A stretch of DNA of 64,000 nucleotides from a virus (lineage: Duplodnaviria > Caudoviricetes): positions 1-64,000 of the IMG/VR virus record IMGVR_UViG_3300031993_000045. One strand, 5' to 3'. A model generated the notes under the pieces. It had not been told where the DNA came from. It searched no databases and saw only the letters and a program-made list of their open reading frames with translations. The position numbers were made by a program, and so were the translations under genes. Position 1 is the stretch's first letter, and each line of letters begins with the position of its first letter. Positions 63,588 to 64,000 of this stretch are shown piece after piece.

Positions 63588-64000
63588 AAGATATATTAGT
63601 CTCAGTAGGAAACATGCTAAGTGCTGCAACACACAATAGCTTCTTTGGTAAAATAGCAATATCAATAGGAGCTTTTGCTACAGCATATTTTACCCCGATA
63701 ATAGGATTATTATTCGCCTGTTTTATGTGTACAATAGTGGACTTGCTTTATGGTCTCAAAGTCGCTAGAAAGGCTGGAAAAAAGTTAACAAGCAGTAAGA
63801 GTTGGACGGGTACTCTTAGCAAAATTAGAGATGAGTTTACAATTATCACACTCGGACACTTGATAGAACACGTAATAGGTGGTGCTGCCAGCATAACACT
63901 CTTATCCGGTGGAGCTACCGTATTAATCTGTTTAACAGAATTGTGGTCTATACTTGAGAATCTTAATACGCTTAATCCGGACGGACCTTGGCGTATATTA
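63584..64000 (+). CDS. Phage holin, partial (absent from the track)
   Basis: ATGA overlap; TM helices; VDLLYG...ELWSILEN holin-family motif; open to the window end. Confidence 0.8.
   Translation, partial: MKDILVSVGNMLSAATHNSFFGKIAISIGAFATAYFTPIIGLLFACFMCTIVDLLYGLKVARKAGKKLTSSKSWTGTLSKIRDEFTIITLGHLIEHVIGGAASITLLSGGATVLICLTELWSILENLNTLNPDGPWRIL

Noticed and set aside
1-64000. CRISPR array, rRNA, integrase or transposase, DGR reverse transcriptase, virion RNA polymerase, phage aminoacyl-tRNA synthetase or release factor
   Set aside because: No supporting repeats or motifs seen; RNAP and any recoding accessory proteins may lie outside the window

Overview
A 64-kb segment of a crAss-like (Crassvirales) phage of a Bacteroidales host. 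It is probably Suoliviridae or a relative, an inference from TAG recoding, a family-B polymerase and gene order. The left arm (1-34251, minus strand) holds the replication module (AAA ATPase, nuclease, primase, SSB, Sak4-like ATPase, DnaB-like helicase, PolB), a 2.2-kb ORF-free block, and dozens of small early genes including an ECF sigma factor, interleaved with RNA elements. The right arm (34400-64000, plus strand) holds GroES-like and HU-like genes, dUTPase, fibre proteins, terminase, portal, a lysozyme-LysM protein, scaffold, major capsid protein, ring proteins, tail fibres, a DUF5675 protein and a holin. The ORF track fragments the late genes because TAG is read as sense: I count 28 in-frame TAGs in 13 genes, and a CUA-anticodon suppressor tRNA with a tRNA-Gln-like body lies at 36378-36449. 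Early and replication genes are never interrupted and often end in TAG. The most unexpected element is a circularly permuted (two-piece) tmRNA gene at about 18450-18860 with a G3.U70 alanine acceptor stem and a non-canonical tag, (A)GNNNCILDYTHVA*. Other unexplained features: a tRNA with a 21-nt anticodon-loop insertion, tRNA top-half mimics and T-loop hairpins, six GUGA-tetraloop terminator-like hairpins, a candidate -1 frameshift and an L7/L12-CTD-like protein. All calls were made by eye; no database searches or folding programs were run.
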